DNA of 64,000 nucleotides, taken from positions 8,923-72,922 of IMG/VR virus record IMGVR_UViG_3300021400_001778; one strand, given 5' to 3'. Both the position numbers and the translations under genes were made by a program. Of this stretch, positions 8,950 through 18,820 are shown one piece after another. This DNA is from a virus (lineage: Duplodnaviria > Heunggongvirae > Uroviricota > Caudoviricetes). Position 1 is the first letter of the stretch. Each line of letters opens with the position of its first letter. The notes beneath the pieces were generated by a model. It ran no database searches. It was not told the DNA's origin and was given only the letters and a program-made list of their open reading frames with translations.

Positions 8950-11900
8950 TTGGCAAATAATTTACTGTCGATTATAGATGGCAAGATACAAATCAAAAAT
9001 GATGCTTACGGCAAAGTAGATACTTTTACTCCATTTATATGCCGCGCTGATAAAAAAATTATATGCTCTCTTACGGGTGTTACAAAGTTTGATGTTGCAT
9101 TAAAACTTACCGACATCTCCGAGATAGATTTTACAGTATCGAAATATATAACAAATTCTTCTACTTTCGAGCAAGAATTAAACCCCGCTTACAAATATCT
9201 CAATTCGTTTTACGGAATTTTAATACCAGAATTAGGGCAATATGGGTATTTCCGAATCAATGAAGAGCCAACAATAAAGGCGGAAAATACGAGATATGAA
9301 ATGAAGTCGTTTACTGCTTATTCTGGCGAAAGTGTTATGCAATATGAACATATTACTGGTTTCTTTGTAAATCAAGGAACTACACAAAGTCTTGAAATGT
9401 TTACAGAAAATCTCACACCGACAGGATTACCAGAGAAAAAAATTCAGTTATATAATCCTGATGATTCAAAATTAAGTTTGCTTGATTTGGTTCTTTCGGA
9501 TGATTATTATGGTTGGACTATAGGACACGTTGATAGGTCTATTCAAACATTGATGCGGGCGTTTTCAATATCGAATAGCCAGAATGTATATTCATTTTTA
9601 ACAAAAGATGTCGCACAAGCATTTAGATGTATTTTTGATTTTGATACAATTCATAATGTAATTAATGTTTATTCTATAGATGATTACGGCAAGAATACAA
9701 ATATTTATCTTTCTTTCGAAAGATTTGTTCAAGAGATAAAAGTTAAGCAAAGTAATGACGAAATTTATACAGTATTTAATGTTCGCGGTGATAATGATTT
9801 AGATATATCTTATGTAAATTTTGGTAGCAATAAAATTACAAATGTTGATTATCCTCTTTATATGATGGATAAAGAAATTTATAATACATACAAATTATAT
9901 GAATCTTATCGCGATTCATTAAGACAAAGTTATAAAGATTTAATGATTGATTATAGTCATCAGCAACAGTTACTTTCGGCTTTAATGGATAGACAACCAC
10001 AAGATTCTATTAATAACAATTGGTCTTCTACTGTATATTATTCTCTTGATGATTTACAAACCGATTTAGCAATGTTTAAGGCGGCGGTGGAATTAATAGA
10101 GCAAATATATACAGATGAAAGCGGTGTTATTGATTATGAAGAGTTAAATAAATCGGCTGACGCGGCATTATATTACTCTTATAAATCTGTGAATATTCCA
10201 GATATAGAAAATGAAATTAAATATAGAAGTGGTGAAATCGGAAAACGTGAAGATAAAGTTAATAGTGATATAGTTTGGGAAATGTATGGTTTAAACGACC
10301 TTATACTAAAACGTGAAACGTATTTGGAACTTATTAATACTCTTGCTGAGTCTGGATATACAGAACCGTGGGATAACACTAAAACTATATCGCGAGAAAC
10401 GTGGAATGCACATTATCAAGAATGGCAAGATTATCAGGTATACGTAGAAGAACTTGACGAATTAATTGACAAGAAAACAGAACAAGTAAATGATATTAAA
10501 GAAAGAATTGATGATGATTTATCACAATTAAAGGATATAGCGGAAAAATCATCTCTTGAATATTATTATAATACATTTGGCGAAAACTTTTCTGAGGATG
10601 CAGTTAATTATCCACAAATTATAAAATCACTTTATAAAGAAAGTGATTATGTAGATTCTAATTATTTGATAACTTCTACAGATGATACGCTTGCTATTAT
10701 TGCGGAATCAGAAGAATTATATCAAGCGGCAAAGAAAAGACTTGATATCGAATCAAGACCGCAACTTGTATGGAGCGTAGATACTGATAATTTATACGCA
10801 ACAAAAGACTTTGAATCTCTCAGAAACCATTTACAGCTTGGAGATTTTATAAATCTCATTTTCGACACTGAACGATTCGCACATCAATATAATGACTCGA
10901 ACATCAATATGGAATTAGAAGATAGTTTTGATGTAGAGGATGATACTATTGGTAGAAATATTTTATTAAATACTAAAAATGCACGCACAAGTGCCGCCGC
11001 CGAAAATAATTCAGCGTATACAACTTATTATTACGCGACAGATTTCGGTGAAAATTATTTTGACGAGGAAGGTTGTGTTTTAACGATTACTGCGGATTAT
11101 GAAGTAATCGGAGAAGTTACGGACAACTCTCATTTATATGTCCAGTTAAACGGTACTGCGATTGTTCCGACAGAAGGTCAGCGTGTTCAACAGTATGTTG
11201 CGAACAATAAAATTGGTGTATATGAAAGAACATTTAAACTTACGGCAAATCAACTTAGTTCTGAATATACACGTTTAAGATTTAGATTATACGGAAATGG
11301 AACATTAGATGGCGCGAAAGTTAAAATTAGTAATGTTAAGTTAGAAATTGGAAATAAAGCTACTGCATATTCTCCCGCACCAGAAGACGGCGATTTAGTG
11401 GTAAATATAGCTGATAATATTAACATAGAAAATAACACTTTTATAGGAAAAAATTGCCGTTTTAGGGTATCTGAAATCAATTTTAATGCATTAGATTACT
11501 CCGATTTTTCAATAACATTTGCAGATATTATTAAAAGTAGGGCGGGCAGTTCTGATATAGAGTCAATTTTAGATTCATATATTTCATCACGCTCTAACCA
11601 AATTAGGATTGATGCGTCAAATAATGCTTCTGCTGTTGCTTCTGAGGTGGCGGCTTCGTTAATAAAGCCATATTTGCAAGTAACCAATACCGCAATAGAG
11701 AATGCACAGATTACAAATGCACAAATTGAAGATTTGGAAGCGGTCAACGCAACTATAAGAACTTTAATGACAAATTATCTCGAAGCGGACTCCGCTACAA
11801 TTTTCGATTTAGTTACTGAAAATATTACAGTAAACAAGTATCTTGAAATTGTTAGCGATATAAACGGTTCTGTCGCGTTTGATAATTCGCGCATGAAATT

Positions 11901-13620
11901 CTTTGACGCTAATAGCGACCTTCGTATGCTAATCGGCGCGGATACCAACAATGTTTATGACATTAAGATTTATAGCGCGGCTGACAGCAACGGAAACCAA
12001 AAGCTGTTATGGAATACTCAAAGCGGTATTCAGAGGGACGCTATAGCAGATAGCTTGATAAGTACAAATATGCTTGGCGATAACTCTGTTACAAAGAATA
12101 AGATTAATTGGACAGGAATCTCAGATAGCGTTGATGCAAGTGGAACGCCAATATTCAATTCAAATCAAATCACACTTAACGGCAGTAGCTTAACGACACA
12201 ATGGGGTGCGATGCAAACGACAACAAACGGAATTATTTCGGACGTTGCTGATGTATCTATGTCCGCCGATAAACTTTTAATGGTGGTTTCGCAGTCTGTT
12301 AATGATACACAAACTTCTGGCGCAGATGGTGTTTATGACAATACAAAGTCTTATAGCGCGGGTGATATAGTTGTATATAACGGCAAGTTCTACAAAGCGT
12401 TAGTTTCTACAACTGGTAATCTCCCAACGGACGCGAATTATTGGGATGATGTGTCGAGTGATTATTCTGATTCTATTGTTAAAACTGCGTTTAGTGAGAT
12501 TGCCGCTTTGCGCGATAGCATTACTCTCGCTGTTAGTGGCACTAACGGTTCTTCAACGCTGAATCTTAAAGACGGTACTTTGTCGCTAACGGTAACAGAT
12601 GTCGCCAACATTTTAGCTAATAAGCAACTAAACTTAACGTCACAGAACGGCGTAATTAATATTTACGGCGGCGGAGGCGTTAATATCGGAACTGACACTC
12701 TTGGTTCTTTAACGGTACATAGCCCAAATTTTAAACTAACCAATAGCGGATATATGGTTGCTTCACGCGGGACTATAGGTAATTGGGAAATTAAAGAAAA
12801 TGAATTAAGTAGTTTTAAAATATTTGACACCAATAATGATGAATATACATTTAATAATCCATGGATTTCTGGATATTATTACAGAGTTGGCGACCAAGTT
12901 AATTTATATGAATTGTCAAATAATTATTCATCATACACCCGTACACATATGACATGTGTCCAAGACCATATTTCATCAAGTAACAAATTAGGAAGAGATT
13001 ATTGGAGTAGCGGTACTATTGATGAAGTTACTATAGAAGGTGTTTTATACAATACTATTATAGATTCTTATAATTCTAAAATTGATTTAATTAGACGTAA
13101 TGTTACTGGTGATATAGACGGACAATCCTATGACGAAACAATTTTAAATGCTAACGGATTAGAAGTTGATTCTCTTACTGGCAAATCTATATTTCATAGT
13201 AATGGTATAAATCATACAAAACTTGATAATGACGATTTTTCAATTTCATCTACTGGTGACATTGTTTTAAATAATATCAGTTTGGGTAATACGTCTATAT
13301 CAAGCATAGGTGACGGAAGTATAACGGGAGCAATATCAAATCTAAATAGTAGTAAATCAAACTTGTTATCTAAAACGACATACACTACATCCGACGAATC
13401 AATAGCCGCGTCAGCAATAAATGAAATTTCTATTAATGTTGCGACGAATGATAAAACACCAATAGGAATAATTGAGTGCGCCGCTTTTGGTTCTGCGAGT
13501 GCATGTTTAACGGCTTTTTGGTTTGACAACAGTACAACAGTCAAAGTGCGCATAAAAAATTTATCAACAGGTAGTATACAGTGTCATGCAAGAGTAACTA
13601 TTTTATATGTTAATAATTGA
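8950..13620 (+). CDS. Tail-associated protein / tail fibre (Tal-like, 1556 aa) with a TTG start
   Basis: aaggaggtg ribosome-binding site at 8933-8941; follows the Dit-like gene; large multi-domain protein typical of a siphovirus-type Tal or receptor-binding protein. Confidence 0.55.
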   Translation: MANNLLSIIDGKIQIKNDAYGKVDTFTPFICRADKKIICSLTGVTKFDVALKLTDISEIDFTVSKYITNSSTFEQELNPAYKYLNSFYGILIPELGQYGYFRINEEPTIKAENTRYEMKSFTAYSGESVMQYEHITGFFVNQGTTQSLEMFTENLTPTGLPEKKIQLYNPDDSKLSLLDLVLSDDYYGWTIGHVDRSIQTLMRAFSISNSQNVYSFLTKDVAQAFRCIFDFDTIHNVINVYSIDDYGKNTNIYLSFERFVQEIKVKQSNDEIYTVFNVRGDNDLDISYVNFGSNKITNVDYPLYMMDKEIYNTYKLYESYRDSLRQSYKDLMIDYSHQQQLLSALMDRQPQDSINNNWSSTVYYSLDDLQTDLAMFKAAVELIEQIYTDESGVIDYEELNKSADAALYYSYKSVNIPDIENEIKYRSGEIGKREDKVNSDIVWEMYGLNDLILKRETYLELINTLAESGYTEPWDNTKTISRETWNAHYQEWQDYQVYVEELDELIDKKTEQVNDIKERIDDDLSQLKDIAEKSSLEYYYNTFGENFSEDAVNYPQIIKSLYKESDYVDSNYLITSTDDTLAIIAESEELYQAAKKRLDIESRPQLVWSVDTDNLYATKDFESLRNHLQLGDFINLIFDTERFAHQYNDSNINMELEDSFDVEDDTIGRNILLNTKNARTSAAAENNSAYTTYYYATDFGENYFDEEGCVLTITADYEVIGEVTDNSHLYVQLNGTAIVPTEGQRVQQYVANNKIGVYERTFKLTANQLSSEYTRLRFRLYGNGTLDGAKVKISNVKLEIGNKATAYSPAPEDGDLVVNIADNINIENNTFIGKNCRFRVSEINFNALDYSDFSITFADIIKSRAGSSDIESILDSYISSRSNQIRIDASNNASAVASEVAASLIKPYLQVTNTAIENAQITNAQIEDLEAVNATIRTLMTNYLEADSATIFDLVTENITVNKYLEIVSDINGSVAFDNSRMKFFDANSDLRMLIGADTNNVYDIKIYSAADSNGNQKLLWNTQSGIQRDAIADSLISTNMLGDNSVTKNKINWTGISDSVDASGTPIFNSNQITLNGSSLTTQWGAMQTTTNGIISDVADVSMSADKLLMVVSQSVNDTQTSGADGVYDNTKSYSAGDIVVYNGKFYKALVSTTGNLPTDANYWDDVSSDYSDSIVKTAFSEIAALRDSITLAVSGTNGSSTLNLKDGTLSLTVTDVANILANKQLNLTSQNGVINIYGGGGVNIGTDTLGSLTVHSPNFKLTNSGYMVASRGTIGNWEIKENELSSFKIFDTNNDEYTFNNPWISGYYYRVGDQVNLYELSNNYSSYTRTHMTCVQDHISSSNKLGRDYWSSGTIDEVTIEGVLYNTIIDSYNSKIDLIRRNVTGDIDGQSYDETILNANGLEVDSLTGKSIFHSNGINHTKLDNDDFSISSTGDIVLNNISLGNTSISSIGDGSITGAISNLNSSKSNLLSKTTYTTSDESIAASAINEISINVATNDKTPIGIIECAAFGSASACLTAFWFDNSTTVKVRIKNLSTGSIQCHARVTILYVNN

Positions 13621-13641
13621 TTGAATTAAAGGAGAAATACG

Positions 13642-13968
13642 ATGAAGTTATCTAACAAAGATATGCAATATTATATCAATGAGTATGTTAGGGCGGCACA
13701 AAGTAATTTGCCTGATATCAACATACTTATCTTATACAAAATTCGTAAAAACTTTTCGCGAATCGAAGATGCACTAAAACCTTACTGTAGTTTATTAAAA
13801 GAAATAGTTGCAAGAAATAAAAATGCTGAGGATATAAAACAAGATATCGCAGAATTAGGTGAGCAAGAAGTTGATGTTGATATAGAGAAAATATCAATTG
13901 CAGACTTCGGAGATATCAAAACGTCCTCGGCTTTCATTAACTCAATCTTCTTTATGTTGGAGGATTGA
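13642..13968 (+). CDS. Hypothetical protein (108 aa)
   Basis: ORF preceded by an aaggag ribosome-binding site. Confidence 0.4.
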   Translation: MKLSNKDMQYYINEYVRAAQSNLPDINILILYKIRKNFSRIEDALKPYCSLLKEIVARNKNAEDIKQDIAELGEQEVDVDIEKISIADFGDIKTSSAFINSIFFMLED

Positions 13969-13998
13969 GTCTTATTTTTTTATAAAGGAGGATTTTAT

Positions 13999-14505
13999 AT
14001 GAGTTCAGAAGCAGTAGAAATAATATCACAAACAAGTCCGTGGGTGATATTCCTTATAGTATTTGGATTGTTATCAATAATTCTTCAATGTATTAATGTA
14101 TTAAAGAATTTACGTGACGCTTTCGGTATAGAGTTAAAAGACGATGTTGAAAAACGGGAAATTAAGGAATCTATATCTGGACTATCATCGGAATTTAAAA
14201 CGTCTATAAATTCTTTAGAATCACAAATTAAAAATTTGAGAGAACAATATGATGGATTTAAGGTGGAAATAAACAATATCACCGTTGCTACTCGCGAAGA
14301 ACTTGGGGATAAAATCAATCTTAAATTTAAAAGGTACTTTGAGTTGGGTTATATACCATCAGATGAATTTGATGAATTTGTGAATTTACATAATGCTTAC
14401 AATCTTGTTGGCGGAAATCACAGCGGAGACGCTAAATATAACAAATGCATCACTTCGCTCAAGGTTATAGATGACTCAACACCAGAGTCCAAAATAAATA
14501 TTTAA
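13999..14505 (+). CDS. Membrane-anchored hypothetical protein (one N-terminal transmembrane helix) in the lysis region
   Basis: aaggagg ribosome-binding site; hydrophobic stretch WVIFLIVFGLLSIILQCI. Confidence 0.4.
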   Translation: MSSEAVEIISQTSPWVIFLIVFGLLSIILQCINVLKNLRDAFGIELKDDVEKREIKESISGLSSEFKTSINSLESQIKNLREQYDGFKVEINNITVATREELGDKINLKFKRYFELGYIPSDEFDEFVNLHNAYNLVGGNHSGDAKYNKCITSLKVIDDSTPESKINI

Positions 14506-14524
14506 AATTTAGGAGGTATACATT

Positions 14525-14788
14525 ATGGAAACTTTCGGAATTGCTACTGTCGCGGCTATCACTCTTATTTGTTATTGTATCGGTATGATTATTAAAACTA
14601 CTGAATTTATTGATAACAAATTTATTCCCGCAATTGTGCTTGTTGTTGGCGCAGTTCTTGGAGGAATCGGGATGTATGTTATTCCAGAATATCCCGCAAG
14701 CGACATTATTACGGCAATCGCTGTAGGTTTCGCATCTGGCGGAACTGCAACAGCAGTCAACGAAACAATTAAACAACTTGGACAGTAA
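14525..14788 (+). CDS. Putative holin (87 aa, two transmembrane segments)
   Basis: Small protein with two hydrophobic helices and a charged C-terminus, sited just before the cell-wall hydrolases; aggagg ribosome-binding site. Confidence 0.55.
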   Translation: METFGIATVAAITLICYCIGMIIKTTEFIDNKFIPAIVLVVGAVLGGIGMYVIPEYPASDIITAIAVGFASGGTATAVNETIKQLGQ

Positions 14789-14796
14789 TTAAATCA

Positions 14797-14826
14797 AGGG
14801 GAGTGCGGAAAGCACTCTCCTACTTT
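14797..14826 (+). terminator. Rho-independent terminator-like hairpin after the holin gene
   Basis: ggagtgcggaaagcactcc followed by tacttttt. Confidence 0.4.
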
Positions 14827-14843
14827 TTAATAAGGAGTTTTGA

Positions 14844-15761
14844 ATGAGAATAAGTGATTTTACAGAAATATTAAAAGCGGGCAAGGATTCTATTATACCT
14901 ATAGTCACGGGCAAAATTAATCGAAAAATAACGATTGATAACTTAAAGAAAAGTATGGAGTTATCAAGCGATGATATATCTTATAGCAACCAAAATAATT
15001 TAGACGGCGGTAATACAGTGCAAGATGCAATAGCGAGTATAGCAAACGCTGTAAATCAACTTGCGCGTGACGGTGTTGCTTTAGCCGATATTCAAGCAGA
15101 GATTACTAATTATTTCAATGAGCATCCTATAGCTTCTTATTCATATACATTAGTAAGAGATGGTAGCACTGGCGCATATAATCTTAATGATATAAATGGA
15201 AATTCTTGTGGAAATCTTTCGCCAGTACATACGATAAGTGATGATAGTGAATCAATCGAAATTCCTACTTCTGGCGCGGTTAAAACTCTTGTTGATAGCG
15301 CGACAACTTTAGGGAAAAAGAATAATGTCGTTGTTACTGACGCAAATTTCAAACCTGTTTCATCAGATATTTCTACAACAGTTTTAAATAAAATAGTTAC
15401 AGATACAGGTTGGAAAGCTGTAACAACATTAAGTAAGAAATTTGAATTGTATTATAACGGTAGCACCGTTCAATATAGAAAAGTTGGTCAAACAGTATTC
15501 ATTCGCGGCGTTGTAAGTCCTTTAAAAAATTTAACTGCGGCGGCTGTCAATGAAAATGCGGAAGTAATTTTTACACTCCCAAGCGGTTTTATGCCAACGA
15601 GAAATTGTCAATTTGTTTGTCAAGGTTCTGGCGCAAATCGTTGGCTATTAAGTGTTTATAATACTGGTGAAGTAACGTTGAGTAGATACGGCGCATCGTC
15701 TTTTATAGATTGTCCTATAGGGGCATATTTACCATTTAATGTTTCATTTTTAATTAATTAA
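14844..15761 (+). CDS. Hypothetical protein (305 aa), possibly virion- or cell-wall-associated
   Basis: ORF with an aaggag ribosome-binding site; no recognisable motif. Confidence 0.35.
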   Translation: MRISDFTEILKAGKDSIIPIVTGKINRKITIDNLKKSMELSSDDISYSNQNNLDGGNTVQDAIASIANAVNQLARDGVALADIQAEITNYFNEHPIASYSYTLVRDGSTGAYNLNDINGNSCGNLSPVHTISDDSESIEIPTSGAVKTLVDSATTLGKKNNVVVTDANFKPVSSDISTTVLNKIVTDTGWKAVTTLSKKFELYYNGSTVQYRKVGQTVFIRGVVSPLKNLTAAAVNENAEVIFTLPSGFMPTRNCQFVCQGSGANRWLLSVYNTGEVTLSRYGASSFIDCPIGAYLPFNVSFLIN

Positions 15762-15773
15762 TGGAGGAAATAT

Positions 15774-17564
15774 ATGAACGAACACAATAAGTTAGTTATG
15801 GCTAACATAATCTCAGGTGTAGAAACTGGCGGTCAAAGATACGGATATGGTCGTTGGGATGATTATACGAGACCATATAAAAATACAAGTGGAGAGCATA
15901 CTTGTACATTGGGCGCGTTTCAATTTTACGGCGGCGAGGCAAATGAATTATGCAATATGATTTTTAAAGCCGATAAAAATTTATTTCGCAGACTTGATAC
16001 TTGTTCGCCAAGTATAGAATCTATGTTAAATAAGGATTGGGTTGGTATGCGTTGGAATCCGTCTTCTTCACAGGCGGCTACTTTGTCTGCGCTTATCTCA
16101 ACCGAAACTGGTATTAAATGCCAGAAAGAACTTTTCGCGGTAAAACAGTTAAATGCTTACGAAAAACGCGCCACAGAATACGGCGTAAAGGATGTAAAAG
16201 CACGAATGATGTGGATAGAAATTCAACATTTAGGCGGCGGTAATGCCCCTAAGAGAATATTTGCGCGTTGTAATGGTAACTATTCTGTTGATAACATTCT
16301 CGATTGTTTAAATCCGAGATATGCGGATTATAATAAATACAATGAGCCAGTTGAAGCAAAAATATTTTGGACGCGCCATGTGTGCTGTGCAACTTGGATT
16401 AAACAATATGCAGAAGACGAGGGTGAAACACAAACTGCAACGAAAACATATCTTACAACAGGTTCTTCTGGCGAAAAGGTTAAAGAATTACAATCTAATT
16501 TGATGCTTGTCGGATTATGCGATTGTGGATATTACAGTAGTCCGCAACGCTTCATTGATGGCGACTTTGGAGATAATACAAGAAAATCTGTTGTCGCACT
16601 TCAAGAAATTAGCGGTATTGAAACAGACGGGATTTATGGCGAACAGTCAGAAAAAGCACTTACCGCATTAGTTAAATCAGCAAATGAATCTAAATTTAAT
16701 TTAACCGTTGGCGAATTTTTAAATAACGCAAAGAAAGTTGCTGATTTTGTACGCGAGAAAAACTTTAAGTATGGTAATGCCGCGTTCATTCCGTCTGTAT
16801 ATTATCCGCACGAGAAATATGTATCTTGCGATAGATTTGTTGATATGGTTCTTTTTGAATCTGGTTTAAAAAATGTCGGAAATAGAAATGTAGGTTCTTT
16901 AGAGTTATATCTTGCCGCAAATGGTTGCAAAAAGATAACTAATAAATCGGAAGTTAAGGCGGGCGATATTATCTACTTTAAAGGACATGTTTTTATTCTT
17001 GGTGAGAAAAGAAATAACGGGTTGTATGAAAGATATGATTGTGGCTCAAACGCGCGTATTCAAGGCATACAACCGTTCGTAGAAAACATCGACGGTTTTA
17101 TTTACGCTTATAGATTACCGTTTAAGGCGAATGTAAGTAATGATGATACTAAGACGCGACTCGTTAAAAGCGGTCAAGTTCATCTTAATAACTACGTAGG
17201 GGCTGGTTTAAGCGTTGATGGTGATTATGGCACAGATACTCGCCATGCGTTTATAAAGGCTCTGCAAAGGGCAGTAAATAGGGATTACGGGTATAGTATG
17301 CATACTGTCCTACTCGAAAATGGCGAGTGGAATAATTCCCTTGAAAAAGTTATAAAGGAACACCCTGTTACGATATACACGGAGCAACCCAACATAACAC
17401 TCGTATTAGCGATAGGACTTTATATAAATGGGATTGAGCCATACGGTTTAACGATGAGTGAAAAACTGATAAATGCGTTAAAGAAATATCAAAAGAAAAA
17501 CAGTCTTGAAGTAGACGGCGCGGCGGGCGTTAAAACATTCAAATCTTTGGCTACAATTAAATAA
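15774..17564 (+). CDS. Cell-wall hydrolase with PG_binding_1 repeats and an NlpC/P60- or CHAP-like C-terminal domain (endolysin candidate 1)
   Basis: PG_binding_1-like repeats (GSSGEKVKELQSNLMLVGL...DGDFGDNTRKSVVALQ...DGIYGEQSEKAL); C-terminal Cys/His region (...GDIIYFKGHVFIL...). Confidence 0.6.
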   Translation: MNEHNKLVMANIISGVETGGQRYGYGRWDDYTRPYKNTSGEHTCTLGAFQFYGGEANELCNMIFKADKNLFRRLDTCSPSIESMLNKDWVGMRWNPSSSQAATLSALISTETGIKCQKELFAVKQLNAYEKRATEYGVKDVKARMMWIEIQHLGGGNAPKRIFARCNGNYSVDNILDCLNPRYADYNKYNEPVEAKIFWTRHVCCATWIKQYAEDEGETQTATKTYLTTGSSGEKVKELQSNLMLVGLCDCGYYSSPQRFIDGDFGDNTRKSVVALQEISGIETDGIYGEQSEKALTALVKSANESKFNLTVGEFLNNAKKVADFVREKNFKYGNAAFIPSVYYPHEKYVSCDRFVDMVLFESGLKNVGNRNVGSLELYLAANGCKKITNKSEVKAGDIIYFKGHVFILGEKRNNGLYERYDCGSNARIQGIQPFVENIDGFIYAYRLPFKANVSNDDTKTRLVKSGQVHLNNYVGAGLSVDGDYGTDTRHAFIKALQRAVNRDYGYSMHTVLLENGEWNNSLEKVIKEHPVTIYTEQPNITLVLAIGLYINGIEPYGLTMSEKLINALKKYQKKNSLEVDGAAGVKTFKSLATIK

Positions 17565-17573
17565 GGAGGAATT

Positions 17574-18773
17574 ATGGGAAGTATTTTTAATATAATCGCG
17601 AAGGAAAGACACTACGCTTCTATTCCTTATACCGAAGTGGGAAGTTCTAATTATCAAAAATTTAGCACAATTGTCGATAATGCAGGACTTATGGGATGCC
17701 AAGGTCAGCCGTGGTGTGCAACATATCAATTCGCTTTAGAAATAGAAGAATTCGGCAAGTTACAAGCATTGAAGAACTGGAATATGACATCGAGTAATTA
17801 TTGCGGCTATAGCGTTTTCGAAACCCGTGATAAGTTTGAGGCGGCGGGCAAAACTGGAAAAGTACCGAAGATTGGTGCGCTTGTAATTTTTAGTCAGTCT
17901 CATATCGGGCGCGTTTTATCTATTAATGAAAGAAATAGAACCTTTGAATGTGGCGAGGGAAATACGTCAAATATTCAATATGATAGAAACGGTAACGCTT
18001 GTGCAGTAAAAACATATAGTTGGAATAATAGAAGAATTTTATGTTTCTGCTATATTGACTATGACGTTAATAAAGAATATCTCTCTATTGGCGATGTTGG
18101 CGATGATGTGAAGCGTATGCAAGAAAAACTTATTGCATGTGGATTCTCTTGCGGAAGTTATGGTGCAGATGGCGATTTTGGAAGTGGAACTGATAAAGCG
18201 GTTAAAGCGTTTCAAACGAGCGTTGGCATTAAAGTTGACGGTTGTTTTGGAAAGGAATCAAGTGCGAAACTCGAAGAACTTTACAAATCCGCTATCGGCA
18301 AAACAGACAATATCGACAATAAGTTTGTTAAGGTTGACGCGAAGGAAAATGTAAAAAAGGGACAGGAATATCTTAATAACACATATTCAACAACTATCAT
18401 TGCGGCGAATAGACGTAGGATTTCCGTTGATGGTATTTATGGCGGCGAATCAAGAAATGCCGCTGTTGCCGTATGGAAGCAAATTGCAAACAATAAGTTT
18501 GACGCTAATCTTACTATATCAAACATAAACTTTTTAGATACTTGTAAAATTTATGCGGCTAAGATGTTTATTAAGATTGGCGACACTAAAGACGAAGTAT
18601 ATCTTTTAAAATTTGTTTTGTCTGGATTTGGATATTTTAATGGCGCGATGAATCGCACATTTGATAAAGATTTAGAGAAAGCAGTTAAGGCATGGCAAAC
18701 CGCGCATAAACTTGAAGTAGATGGTATATGTGGCGCAGAAACATGGTATTCTATCTTTAATGACTTAGATTAA
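17574..18773 (+). CDS. Endolysin candidate 2: N-terminal CHAP-like amidase/peptidase plus PG_binding_1 repeats
   Basis: GCQGQPWCATY...SHIGRV (Cys...His pattern); repeats VKRMQEKLIACGF...DGDFGSGTDKAVKAFQ and LEKAVKAWQTAHKLEVDGICGAETW. Confidence 0.6.
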   Translation: MGSIFNIIAKERHYASIPYTEVGSSNYQKFSTIVDNAGLMGCQGQPWCATYQFALEIEEFGKLQALKNWNMTSSNYCGYSVFETRDKFEAAGKTGKVPKIGALVIFSQSHIGRVLSINERNRTFECGEGNTSNIQYDRNGNACAVKTYSWNNRRILCFCYIDYDVNKEYLSIGDVGDDVKRMQEKLIACGFSCGSYGADGDFGSGTDKAVKAFQTSVGIKVDGCFGKESSAKLEELYKSAIGKTDNIDNKFVKVDAKENVKKGQEYLNNTYSTTIIAANRRRISVDGIYGGESRNAAVAVWKQIANNKFDANLTISNINFLDTCKIYAAKMFIKIGDTKDEVYLLKFVLSGFGYFNGAMNRTFDKDLEKAVKAWQTAHKLEVDGICGAETWYSIFNDLD

Positions 18774-18782
18774 AAATAAAAA

Positions 18783-18812
18783 GGCTATGAGAAAATCTCG
18801 TAGCCTTACTTT
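18783..18812. terminator. Bidirectional rho-independent terminator at the switch between the plus-strand late block and the minus-strand block
   Basis: Hairpin aaaaaggctatgagaaaatctcgtagccttacttttt flanked by A and T runs, between convergent genes. Confidence 0.55.
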
Positions 18813-18820
18813 TTGCGCAT

